Positions 23,744 through 33,126 of a stretch of DNA of 64,000 nt are shown piece after piece. The DNA is from Methanotrichaceae archaeon (GTDB lineage: Archaea; Halobacteriota; Methanosarcinia; Methanotrichales; Methanotrichaceae). How positions within the stretch are numbered: position 1 is the stretch's first letter; the number at the start of each line of letters is the position of its first letter. The notes beneath the pieces were generated by a model that searched no databases, was not told the origin of the DNA, and saw only the letters and a list, made by a program, of their open reading frames with translations. The DNA lies in assembly GCA_963813075.1 (NCBI GenBank), contig CAWEXU010000031.1, forward strand, positions 128,001 to 192,000. Direction: 5' to 3'. Made by a program: the position numbers and the translations under genes.

Positions 23744-24245
23744 TCCTGGGCGCAATAAGACCATCGAGAACACCAAAATGCTTCCGGTCATATTATCCAT
23801 AGCGAGTCAGGATGATTTAAAGCTTAGACTCGATGGTTACTCTGCTAAGGAGATCCGGAAGTGCAAGGTAGCCAGGATACTCCGGGAGGCATATGAGCAG
23901 AATGGCGTTTTGAATCAAGCAGATGTGAGCCTCTTGATGGGGATTAGCGCCGGAACCATTGGCAAGGATATCAGAGAATTCCAATTGGAACATGGAGTTA
24001 TCCTGCCTTATCGCGGGACGGTTCACGATATCGGACCAACATTGACTCACAAAAAGGTTATCATTCAGCAATTTGTTCGGAACATACCAACTCCTGAGAT
24101 CGCACGGAGGACCTCTCATAGCGAAGAAGCTTGTGATAGGTACATCAAGGGATTTAAGAAAGTCCTATAGCTTCATGGCGATGGAATTCCTGCGGAGAAC
24201 ATTGCTTCGGAACTGGAGATGAGCAAATCCCTGGTCCGAGAGATT
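23744..24245 (+). pseudogene. DUF1670-family gene 2; 5' truncated, in-frame TAG at 24168
   Basis: EAYEQNGVLNQADVSLL, LPYRGTVHDIG, HSEEACDRYIKGF; the frame continues past the TAG into an HTH-like segment. Confidence 0.75.
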
Positions 24246-24568
24246 TGCTACTATTTTGAGTACCGAATTCTTTTTTGAAATTCAACTATTGAAAAAATTT
24301 ATATACTTGTAGTACTTATCTATAATTAGTATCATAAGTAGGAGGTATTGCTGTTGAATTAAAATTGTAAAGGAATTCTTTGCTACAAAGAGTGGCCTGG
24401 GATTTCAGTCGGCTGCAATACATAAGATCGGCCAAACGTTGGTACTGAAGTATCTGTGCAGCAAAAAAGGATATGAGAGCTGTAGCTGATAGATCATATG
24501 CTACCAAATGTAGAATTGCTCTCAGTAATGAAGATAGAACATATTAGGGAATTGGAGGGCGATTAAAA

Positions 24569-25159
24569 ATGAGAAATATACTATCAATATTAGCGTTGAC
24601 ATTTATTATTTCAGTAATTGTAGCATCGGCGAGTGAATTTAGCATAACATCACCAGAATCTGATAAGAAGTATTATGTTTGGGATGAGATACCAGTCATT
24701 TATGGGGATGAAGGTGTGCATGATTATAGCACATACGCCAAGTTGCTTCCGGACGGTACTGAAACCCTTGTTGATGGTGATGTCCTTAAACCAGATATAG
24801 GCGGAGAGTATCTGATAACCGTTCGTTGTGACGACTGTGATGATGAGGATAGTGTGACTATCAACGTTAGAGACAGCCCACGGCCCACCAATACGCGAAT
24901 AGTCATCAAGTCACCCGATAAATATACGAATTATATAGTCGGCGAACCAGTCCCAATCATCTTTGAATCCTTACTTCCAACAATCAGGCCGGACGTTAAA
25001 ATCACATCCTATGTTACCGCCCCAAATAGCAGAGAACGAATAGAGACAGATACATGGGTACCGACGGTGGCAAATGAATATTACGTCATTGAAGTCAAAG
25101 CTGAGGTCGACGGATTTACCTTCATTGCTTCGAATGGGTTCAAAGCTGCAGCTTCGTAA
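24569..25159 (+). CDS. Secreted protein with two internal beta-rich repeats
   Basis: Signal peptide; GGAGG RBS; duplicated I.SP....Y.V...P.I...(G/N)EY.I.V pattern. Confidence 0.8.
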   Translation: MRNILSILALTFIISVIVASASEFSITSPESDKKYYVWDEIPVIYGDEGVHDYSTYAKLLPDGTETLVDGDVLKPDIGGEYLITVRCDDCDDEDSVTINVRDSPRPTNTRIVIKSPDKYTNYIVGEPVPIIFESLLPTIRPDVKITSYVTAPNSRERIETDTWVPTVANEYYVIEVKAEVDGFTFIASNGFKAAAS

Positions 25160-25413
25160 TAGGAACCTATCACATCAATACCAAGAGGGTTATAAACTCT
25201 TCAGCCTTAAGACCGGTTGAAGTGGACCTTTTCTTTTCTTTTGTATAAATTGATTGGCTGATTTTTAGTAGCCCGTGATTTCGTAATTTACTTAAGCTTA
25301 AAATGTACTAATAATTAAAATATAAATATTTTTTGTTAAATTTACATTATCCTAAATTCTTAGATGTAAGTAATAATTTTTAAGAACTAAAATAAGAATG
25401 AAAAATACAATGA

Positions 25414-25432
25414 TTATAAATAGCTTTAGCTT
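25414..25432 (+). promoter_or_regulatory. Conserved TATA element (copy 2)
   Basis: TTATAAATAGCTTTAGCTT, followed ~30 nt later by TCCTTC as in the other copies. Confidence 0.6.
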
Positions 25433-25461
25433 AGATGTATATAAAGTGTCCTTCCTCGGAA

Positions 25462-25680
25462 TGGACGGGTGGAGCAGGCTCAATCAAACTGGTCATTTGT
25501 ATTGAGCATTCACTGGCTGTAGTAGAAATTGCAATGAGGGCCTTAAATTAATGCAAAAGATTGGCATACATCCAATAAAAGGAGGGCTAAAATTCCCCGA
25601 TCCCCAGGCATATCACCTAGCCCCTCGTCCAGTTTTAAGGCCTCCATTGCATTCTGGCCAGACGCCATCTATTTGATGGT
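25462..25680 (+). ncRNA. Candidate structured cis-regulatory leader RNA, copy A (not recognised as a known family)
   Basis: Homologous to 27631-27855, with multiple stems supported by compensatory changes; see findings. Confidence 0.7.
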
Positions 25681-25844
25681 TGATTGAAATGAAAAAAAGA
25701 TAGGCTCAATGAAAAGGAAGATAATAAAGAAGCATGCTGGAGGATATATGGATATTCCTAATGTTTCGGCTTTAGCATATAGGTGTTCTTCGAATCCGGG
25801 ATGTGCATCAGATTCATACAAGAGCCTAGCCTTTACCAGATGAG

Positions 25845-27417
25845 GTGATTAATTTGAAAATAAGAATATTATTGGCGGCTGTTGTTCTAATAGGTCTACT
25901 TTTTAGCCTACCTGCATCAGCCCAGAATGCGCTGTGCGTATGTGATGACCCTCAACCAACCCCTGCAAAAGAGTACAAGATACCCATGGCGAGAAATATA
26001 GATACCCTAATCGGTGTTGAGAAATTCAATTCAAGCCTGGGATGTCTTCAAGAAGTTAGATTGACGGCAAAATCTTGCGGTTATATATGGGCTGAAGTTG
26101 ACAACGAAGATAATTTATCCCAAGAGTGGGAATACGTTGCAACATCAGGAATCAGTGTTGTTCTGCCAGAGAGCCTGGGAGAAACACATTGTCAATTTGG
26201 AACAGTCGATGGTCCTGAAACAATACCTACAGGAGCAGATGATCCTTCTGAGCTGCCACCAGGAGATGTATATAATCCAGATTATGAAGGTCCAGATTAC
26301 AGCAGAACTGATTACGGCACTAGAACAAACCCCACCTGTTGTGAACCTGAAGAAGGAAATGGTATTTTCATATTAGATTCATCAGCAGCTCTGGAACTAT
26401 TCAGTGGCACTGGCCTTCCGGGAGATACGGTTAATGTTTTAGTTCAAACAAGTGGTTCATCTGGGTTGACTCCAGGACAGAGTGCAAATGTAGGGTACCA
26501 GAGCTTTTCCGAAATGGACGCAACGATTACTGTCGAGTATGTATACTGCCCACCATCGCTTGCATGCATCAATGGCTCCAAGGTAGGCTGCGATAACGAA
26601 CCTCTTTCTGGCTGGACGATTACCCTGACCAAGCCTGATGGTTCCACAGCCACCGACGTGACCGATGACAACGGCGAATACTCATTCTGCGACCTCCCTG
26701 CAGGCAGCTATAAAGTCTGCGAAGAGACCAGACCTGGATGGTATCCCGTCGGACAGACCTAGCTATGACATAATCTTGGATGACGTTGATAAAGTCGAGG
26801 TGCCTCCCTTCAAGAACACGCAGCACTTCTGCATCAGCGGCTACAAGTACAACGTAACTAACAACGCCGAAGAACCACTTGAAGGCTGGACGATTACCCT
26901 TACCAAGCCTGATGGTTCCACAGTCATCGATACCACAGATGCCAACGGCTACTATGAGTTCTGCGATCTGGCCAATGGTCAGTATAAGGTCTCTGAAGAG
27001 CTGAAGCCAGAATGGATAGCTAAATCTCCAGCCTCCGTTAATGTTGTGCTGTATTGCGAAGATGAATCCGTTGACTTCAGAAATGCGAAACAGCCTAATC
27101 TGGTCTGCGTATGTCCGTTCTTCATCAGGAACGAGCTGTATGGCGCCAGCATGCAAAGAGGTAAAAGTGGTCGATGCCAGCAAAGGAGTCATTTCCAATG
27201 ATCCCCAGGCTCTGTGGTGCTCAATCCGGAATCAATAACCATTGATCCAAAATACGGCACACTCTTCGTCGAAGAGGATGGATCCTTTGTCTATGATCCA
27301 ACAGTTGCCACTGGACGCCTTTATTCTGGCATGTATGTGATGTTCAAGTACAACGCCAACAACGGGCTCTGTGATTCCGTATATCCAGGAATCGCCAAGA
27401 TCCAGCTCAGATGCTGA
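25845..27417 (+). CDS. Secreted surface protein paralog 2 (choice-of-anchor-E-like, 2 SdrD-B-like, conserved C-terminal domain; several frameshifts)
   Basis: Signal peptide; FNSSLGCLQEVRLTA; TDDNGEYSFCDLPAGSYKVCEE; ends GIAKIQLRC. Confidence 0.85.
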
Positions 27418-27580
27418 GACGGATCGAACATCAAATTTTTATTTTTTTAATTTTTAATTATTTTTACAGGTTAAGCTCTTCTACTCCCAGATTCTTCAAT
27501 CGACATGTGAAAGAAAAGAACATAAGAGGCCCTTTCGCTGACGTTTTTGCCGCAAAATAAGCGAGCAGAAAGCCAATGAC

Positions 27581-27598
27581 TTTAAATAGCTTAAGCTT
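27581..27598 (+). promoter_or_regulatory. Conserved TATA box plus AGCTTAAGCT palindrome (copy 3)
   Basis: TTTAAATAGCTTAAGCTT, identical to 15489-15506. Confidence 0.65.
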
Positions 27599-27630
27599 AA
27601 TACATATTATAAGGGCATCCTTCTCTGAAA

Positions 27631-27855
27631 CCGGACGGGTGTGAAGCAAGCTCAATCAAACTGGTCATTTGCATTGAGCGTTCCCTGGCTATGGCAAATT
27701 GTGATGAGGATCTTAAATGAAATCAGATTATCGGCAAAGTGATTCGATAAAAGGATGGCCGGACTTCCCCAATCCTCGGTTTTCATCATTTGGTCCCTCG
27801 CCCGGATTTAAGGTCCGCATCGCATTCAAGCCAGGAACCATCCAAAATGGTGGTG
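27631..27855 (+). ncRNA. Candidate structured cis-regulatory leader RNA, copy B
   Basis: Fills the space between the TATA box and the GGTGGTG RBS of paralog 3; covaries with copy A. Confidence 0.7.
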
Positions 27856-27863
27856 TTCTTGAA

Positions 27864-29060
27864 ATGAAACCGATAAAATGGATATTACTGGTTGCCTTTT
27901 TAGGGCTGGTTTTTGGCCAGATGGCCTCAGCCCTGGAAACTGAGCAGTATTGTGCTGTGTTCGATAACAAGAGTACTGATTGGGTCCAAACTAAAACAGT
28001 TCCCCAATTCGATCCCAGTCTGGGAACTCTGACCGAGGTCAGATTGACGGCAAACGCTTGCGGCTATCAGCTATTTCAACTGGATAGCGAAGATACCGCA
28101 GCGCAGTGTTGGACAGTCAGAACCTCCGGTGTGCTTACCACGCCTATGCCCAATGGAGATGTATTAACCCTCAACCTCCCGCCAGATCAACCAGAGAGAG
28201 TCCGCGAATTCTGTCTGGATGCTGACTCCGATGATGAGACAGACTTTATTGGAGACGACTCATACAGAGACTTTATTTCGGATTGCACTGATGACGAGAT
28301 GCAATTCTTCGGTGCCGACCTGGCAGATTGGATTGGCCCGGGCACTGTGAGCTTTACGACGACTGCAGACGCCACTACAATCGTAGATGGACCGGGCAGC
28401 TTCGATCAGAGCGTCCGCACCAATGCCGAGGAGACAATCTGCGTAGTCTATGTATATGAGCCGACAAAGCTGTGTATCGATGGCTACAAGTTCAACGGCT
28501 CAACCGATGAGGGTCTTGAAGGCTGGACAATTCAGCTGAAGGATGCATCCGGAGCGGTTATTAAAGAAGCGACGACCGATATAGACGGCTACTATAAGTT
28601 CTGTGATCTGGCCCCAGGCACCTACACAGTATGCGAGGTCACAAAGCCCAACTGGACACCCATTACGCCTACCTGCGTTCCTGTGGAGCTTATCGACCAG
28701 GATGAGACTGTAAACTTCAGAAATATAATTAAGCAAAAACCGCCATGCGGAACTGGATGCCCGTTCTTTATCAAGAATGAGCTGTACACCGCCAGCTGCA
28801 ATGAGGTAAAAGTGGTCGATGCCAGCAAAGGAATCCTGGCCAATGATCTTAAAGGTTCAATAGTGCTTGATCCCGAGTCAATAACCATCGATCCCAAGTA
28901 CGGATCTATTGAGGTCTATGAGGATGGAGCCTTCGTCTATGATCCGACGGGAGCTACGGGGCTTTATTCCGGCGTCTATGTGATATTCAAGTACAACGCT
29001 AACAACGGATTCTGTGATGCCAAGTATTTGGGTATTGCCAAGATCCAGATCAGATGCTGA
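27864..29060 (+). CDS. Secreted surface protein paralog 3 (choice-of-anchor-E-like, 1 SdrD-B-like, conserved C-terminal domain)
   Basis: Start chosen by the RBS and by the signal peptide MKPIKWILLVAFLGLVFGQ matching paralog 1; FDPSLGTLTEV; ends GIAKIQIRC; frame intact. Confidence 0.9.
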   Translation: MKPIKWILLVAFLGLVFGQMASALETEQYCAVFDNKSTDWVQTKTVPQFDPSLGTLTEVRLTANACGYQLFQLDSEDTAAQCWTVRTSGVLTTPMPNGDVLTLNLPPDQPERVREFCLDADSDDETDFIGDDSYRDFISDCTDDEMQFFGADLADWIGPGTVSFTTTADATTIVDGPGSFDQSVRTNAEETICVVYVYEPTKLCIDGYKFNGSTDEGLEGWTIQLKDASGAVIKEATTDIDGYYKFCDLAPGTYTVCEVTKPNWTPITPTCVPVELIDQDETVNFRNIIKQKPPCGTGCPFFIKNELYTASCNEVKVVDASKGILANDLKGSIVLDPESITIDPKYGSIEVYEDGAFVYDPTGATGLYSGVYVIFKYNANNGFCDAKYLGIAKIQIRC

Positions 29061-29164
29061 GTCCAAGTAAATAAATTTTTAATTTTTTAAAATCTATTTT
29101 TTAATTAATTATTTTCTCGGGTTAAGCTTTTCTCCTTCCAGATCCATGCTTCGACTGGCTAGAA

Positions 29165-30544
29165 TTGAGCGATTGCCAGAGATCGGGATGCGGGCTATAT
29201 CCATGCAACACAAAGGCGAACATCGAAGAAAGTCGAGAAGAAATAGAGCAGAAAAAGTCTCCTGCCAGTTGCCCCATCAATAGCTTTGACCTGATCGTCA
29301 TAGGCGCGGGCCCGGCGGGTCTGTTTTGCGCCATAAGCTCCTGCCCGGGCGCAGGCGACAAGAGACGTATTCTTATTCTGGAGAAGAATGCCTCCCCAGG
29401 AAGAAAGCTCCTTATATCCGGCTCCGGCCAGTGCAATATCACCCATGCCGGAGACATCCGCTCTTTCCTTGACCACTATGGAGATCAGGGCAGATACCTG
29501 CGGCCGGCCATCCTCGGCTTCACCAACCAGGACCTCATATCCTACTTTGAGGCAAGAGGCCTGGGAATGTTCATTGAACCAGAAGGCAAGGTATTTCCCC
29601 TCACCCGGAAGGCCAGGGATGTCCTGGATATACTGCTGGAAGACTGCCGCAGGTGTGACATCGAAATCCATTGCCAGAGGGAGGTGATGGAAGTCGGCAG
29701 GACAGAAGAAGAGGGATTTCGTATTTCTTGTGTTGGCTGCGAGTACAGATCCCCAATCCTGGTCATTGCCACTGGAGGGTGCTCTTATCCAGCCACTGGA
29801 TCGACAGGAGACGGCTACCGATTCGCCCGCTCCCTGGGCCATAGCATAACCGAGATTGGGCCGGCCCTGACCCCCCTTTTGATAAAGGATTACCCCTTTA
29901 CCGACCTGGCAGGCATCTCATTTGAAAATATTAAAATATCTCTATACCACCAGGGGAAGAGGAGAGAAAGGCAGGGCGACGTCCTGTTCACCCATGAGGG
30001 GCTCTCCGGCCCTGGCGTTCTCGACCTGTCCCGCTATATCCGCTCGGGCGATGTCCTGGAGCTCTCTTTTGTGCCAAAGGAGAAGCGCCAGGAGCTGGAT
30101 CGATGGATGGTGGAATCAACTGGACAGGAGGGCAGTCGAACGGTAAAATCCAGGCTTTCAGTTCTCCCTCACTCCGTCCCCCTTCCCTCAAGGCTTATCC
30201 GCAGAATTATTGAGATATCGGGAATCGATCCCGATCTGAACCTCTCTCAGTTGAGACGAGAGGAGAGAATGCTACTCGTCGAAAACCTGGTCGGCCTGCC
30301 GCTTGTCGTCTCCAAGCCCGCGGGCTTTGCCGCCGCCATGGTCACCAGGGGTGGAGTAGAGTGGACTGAAGTAAATCCCAAGACGATGCAATCAAGGCTT
30401 GTCAGGGGGCTCTATCTGGCAGGTGAGGTGCTCGATATTGACGGCGATACAGGAGGCTACAACCTGCAGTCCTGCTTTTCAACCGGCTATCTGGCTGGAA
30501 GAAGCATTAAGAAGATCTGGGAAGAGGAAGATCGGTTAATATGA
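29165..30544 (+). CDS. HI0933/BaiN-family flavoprotein oxidoreductase (start uncertain)
   Basis: GAGPAG, GRKLLISGSGQCNITH, ATGG.SYP.TGSTGDGY, LFTH.GLSGP and GE.LDIDGDTGGYNLQ. Confidence 0.92.
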   Translation: MSDCQRSGCGLYPCNTKANIEESREEIEQKKSPASCPINSFDLIVIGAGPAGLFCAISSCPGAGDKRRILILEKNASPGRKLLISGSGQCNITHAGDIRSFLDHYGDQGRYLRPAILGFTNQDLISYFEARGLGMFIEPEGKVFPLTRKARDVLDILLEDCRRCDIEIHCQREVMEVGRTEEEGFRISCVGCEYRSPILVIATGGCSYPATGSTGDGYRFARSLGHSITEIGPALTPLLIKDYPFTDLAGISFENIKISLYHQGKRRERQGDVLFTHEGLSGPGVLDLSRYIRSGDVLELSFVPKEKRQELDRWMVESTGQEGSRTVKSRLSVLPHSVPLPSRLIRRIIEISGIDPDLNLSQLRREERMLLVENLVGLPLVVSKPAGFAAAMVTRGGVEWTEVNPKTMQSRLVRGLYLAGEVLDIDGDTGGYNLQSCFSTGYLAGRSIKKIWEEEDRLI

Positions 30545-31726
30545 GCCCCACAGGAAAATCCCTCTCTTGCCCTCTCTTCACCTCATTTCTCAGGCTGGGC
30601 ATGAGCGCCTTCGGAGGGCCGGCGATGATCGCCTATATCCGCAGGATGGCGGTCGAGCGGAAGGGCTGGCTTGATGAAGAGACATTCCGGGCCGGGGTAG
30701 CCCTATGCCAGTTCATCCCCGGAGCCTCGGCCATGCAGATGGCAGCCTATGTCGGCCTGAAGGCGCGTGGGGTCGCAGGAGCTGCCACCTGCTTTATCGC
30801 TTTTGGCCTTCCCGCATTCCTGATGATCGTCATTCTCTCTGCACTGTACCAGAGAACACATGAGCTCCCCATTACAGCATCATTATTCAGCGGCCTGGAG
30901 GCAATAATCGTTGCTATCGTCGCCTATGCCGCCTTCATATTTGCCCGAAATTACTTCAGCCGCTGGAGGGATTTAGCCGTGGCTGTAACTGCCGCGGCAT
31001 TATTGATCCTTGGATTCAGCCCCTTTCTGGTGATCCTGGTTGCTGCATTTGCCGGGCTCATAATCTACCGGGACCTGCAGCCAAAAGAGAATGCAAAAGA
31101 GAATGGATCACAGGAGAGTGCACCACGTTCGAAGGAAACACCCAAAACCTCAGTGCCCTTAGTCCTCATATCTTCCGCCGCAGTACTCGGATTTGTACTC
31201 CTTTATATTTTCCAGCAGGACCTTTTCTCGCTTGCGGCATCGATGTTCTGGGTAGACCTTTTCGCATTTGGCGGCGGATTTGCCTCTCTTCCCCTGATGC
31301 TGAACGAGGTGGTAGCGGTACGATCCTGGATGGACTACCAGACCTTCATGAACGGAATAGCTCTCGGGCAGATCACCCCCGGACCGATTGTGATTACAGC
31401 GACGTTCGTCGGCTATATGGTTCAGGGTGTGGAGGGAAGCATTGTGGCCACGTTGGGAATCTTCCTGCCCTCTTTCCTTATTCTTATAGGAACGGTACCC
31501 TACTACGACCAGCTGAAGCGATCTGCTTCAATTCAACCGGGCAGTAAATGCCATACTATGCTCCTTTGTGGGATTGCTGGGACAGGTCGCCTTCCACTTC
31601 GCTATCAACATGGAAATCGACGCCGCTCATATTCTGATGGCAGCAGCAGCTTTCATTTTATTGTTCAAAATGGATATACTCTGGGTTATTCTGGGGGGAG
31701 CCCTGATCTCAGTGATCTTTCTCTAA
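30541..31726 (+). CDS. chrA: Chromate-ion transporter, long-chain CHR family (frameshift near 31530)
   Basis: Duplicated FGG motifs (AFGGP, AFGGGF), QFIPG and QITPGP; the hydrophobic C-terminus continues in another frame to TAA at 31726. Confidence 0.9.
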
Positions 31727-31751
31727 GAAGGCCAGGCTCAGAGGATTAAAG

Positions 31752-31820
31752 GAATCAGAAAAATAAATCAGAAAAAATGAATCAGAAAAAATGAATCAGA
31801 ACAAATGAATCATGATAAAA
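31752..31820. repeat. ~14-bp tandem repeat GAATCAGAAAAAAT, about 5 units, between convergent genes
   Basis: Read directly in the sequence. Confidence 0.8.
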
Positions 31821-31849
31821 TAAAAGGAATGTGACGGGGACCGGCCCCA

Positions 31850-32323
31850 TCACATCATTATCTCATAGCTGTCCTTATGCGGATTTATGAGCAGCTTCTC
31901 TGCAATCTCCTGGGCAGTGATCTGTGCCTCGGGTTTCAGCAGCCTGAAGTACAGCTTCCAGACGGTGGCTTTCTTTACATCCACCACATTACGGTAGCCC
32001 AGCCTCTTTCTCAGCCGGTCCCGGATGGCAATAGCCTCGCCGTCCTCGATATGCAGGGCAACCTTAACCGGCACATAGCCCTCCTCGAACTCCAGCCGGT
32101 CAATCAGAACCTTATGGCTCTCCTTGTTCTCATTAACCAGCTCCCGGGCAAAGGCCCTGGCCAGCTCATCGGGATCGCCGGAATCGACCTGGATGGAGAA
32201 GAGCCTCTCCTTTTTCACATCCTCCAGGACCTTTCCATAGCCCAGCCGCCGGACCAGGGTATTCTTCACCGTGGCCGCTTCTGCATCCGGTATCTTCAGC
32301 CAGACGCGCAGATTGATTAGCAT
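31850..32323 (-). CDS. purS: FGAM synthase subunit PurS, tandem two-domain form
   Basis: Two PurS-like halves (D.EA..(V/I)...L..RLGY..V..DVKK; LLINP); last gene after purL-purQ. Confidence 0.85.
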   Translation of the reverse strand: MLINLRVWLKIPDAEAATVKNTLVRRLGYGKVLEDVKKERLFSIQVDSGDPDELARAFARELVNENKESHKVLIDRLEFEEGYVPVKVALHIEDGEAIAIRDRLRKRLGYRNVVDVKKATVWKLYFRLLKPEAQITAQEIAEKLLINPHKDSYEIMM

Positions 32324-33126
32324 GACTCCACCTCGATGTAGCGCTTCATCGACTCGAATATCCGCCTTCCTGGACCGGGCTCATCGGGCCGGTGCTTTCT
32401 CGGATCGAAGGAAGGAAGCTGCCAGGCAAAGAACGCCCTCTCCGGATGGGGCATCATTCCCAGGACGTTTCCTTCCGGATTGCAGATGGCGGCAATGCTC
32501 TCTGTGCTGCCGTTCACATTCACCGGGAACTCGTTTATCACCCGGCCGTTGCGATCGCAGTAGCGAAAGACCACCTGCTCCTGATCATTGAGCTTTTTGA
32601 TCAGGCCGGGCGATGCCGTGACCAGGTTTCCTTCCCCATGAGCGATCGGTATCTTCAGGAGGGCGCCCATCTCAATCTGGTACGAGCCGCTGCACCTCCT
32701 GGATGAGGCATCGTGCCGCAGGTACACCCAGTCGCAATAGTAGCCCCGGCGGACGATCTCTCCTTTGGATACCATCACGTTCTGGGCCAGGGCCATCTCC
32801 ACCTTTCCTGCCCCCGGCACCAGACCCGGCAACAGGCCGGTCTCGACCAGGATCTGAAAGCCATTGCAGATTCCTAAGATCGGCTTATTCTTTGCCGCTT
32901 CCTCTTTCAGGGCCTTTAAGACCGGCTCCTTGGAGGCAACGGCTCCTGCCCTGACCCGGTCCTGATAGGAGAACCCTCCCGGAATGATAAAGCCGTCAAA
33001 ACCGGACAGCTCTCCTTCAGGCCGGTTCCAGCGGAAGATCTCGCCCTCCATGCCCACCTCTTTGACCGCCACCAGGGTCTCAAACTCGCAGTTCGTCCCG
33101 GGGAACTGCATCACTGCGATCTTCAT
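32317..33126 (-). CDS. purQ: FGAM synthase glutaminase subunit PurQ
   Basis: FPGTNCE, PGGFSYQD, LGICNGFQIL, PIAHGEG and GMMPHPER. Confidence 0.95.
   Translation of the reverse strand: MKIAVMQFPGTNCEFETLVAVKEVGMEGEIFRWNRPEGELSGFDGFIIPGGFSYQDRVRAGAVASKEPVLKALKEEAAKNKPILGICNGFQILVETGLLPGLVPGAGKVEMALAQNVMVSKGEIVRRGYYCDWVYLRHDASSRRCSGSYQIEMGALLKIPIAHGEGNLVTASPGLIKKLNDQEQVVFRYCDRNGRVINEFPVNVNGSTESIAAICNPEGNVLGMMPHPERAFFAWQLPSFDPRKHRPDEPGPGRRIFESMKRYIEVESC

Noticed and set aside
24168..24170. Pyrrolysine read-through at the in-frame TAG in DUF1670
   Set aside because: The gene is already truncated by IS21 and no pyl genes are in the window; a nonsense mutation is more likely.
25462..25680. Group II intron, cobalamin riboswitch or c-di-AMP riboswitch identity for the leader
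   Set aside because: No domain V or RT gene. AAGCCAGGA in copy B resembles a B12 box but the other cobalamin motifs are missing. The faint ydaO-like words are on the minus strand, where the G-U pairs would become A-C.
27717..27863. 49-aa N-terminal extension of paralog 3
   Set aside because: The RBS and signal peptide place the start at 27864; the upstream sequence is conserved as base pairs, not as a reading frame.
16689..29060. Diversity-generating retroelement TR/VR pairs among the similar 3' ends
   Set aside because: No reverse transcriptase; all copies are coding, and the differences look like ordinary, largely synonymous paralog divergence rather than adenine-specific changes.
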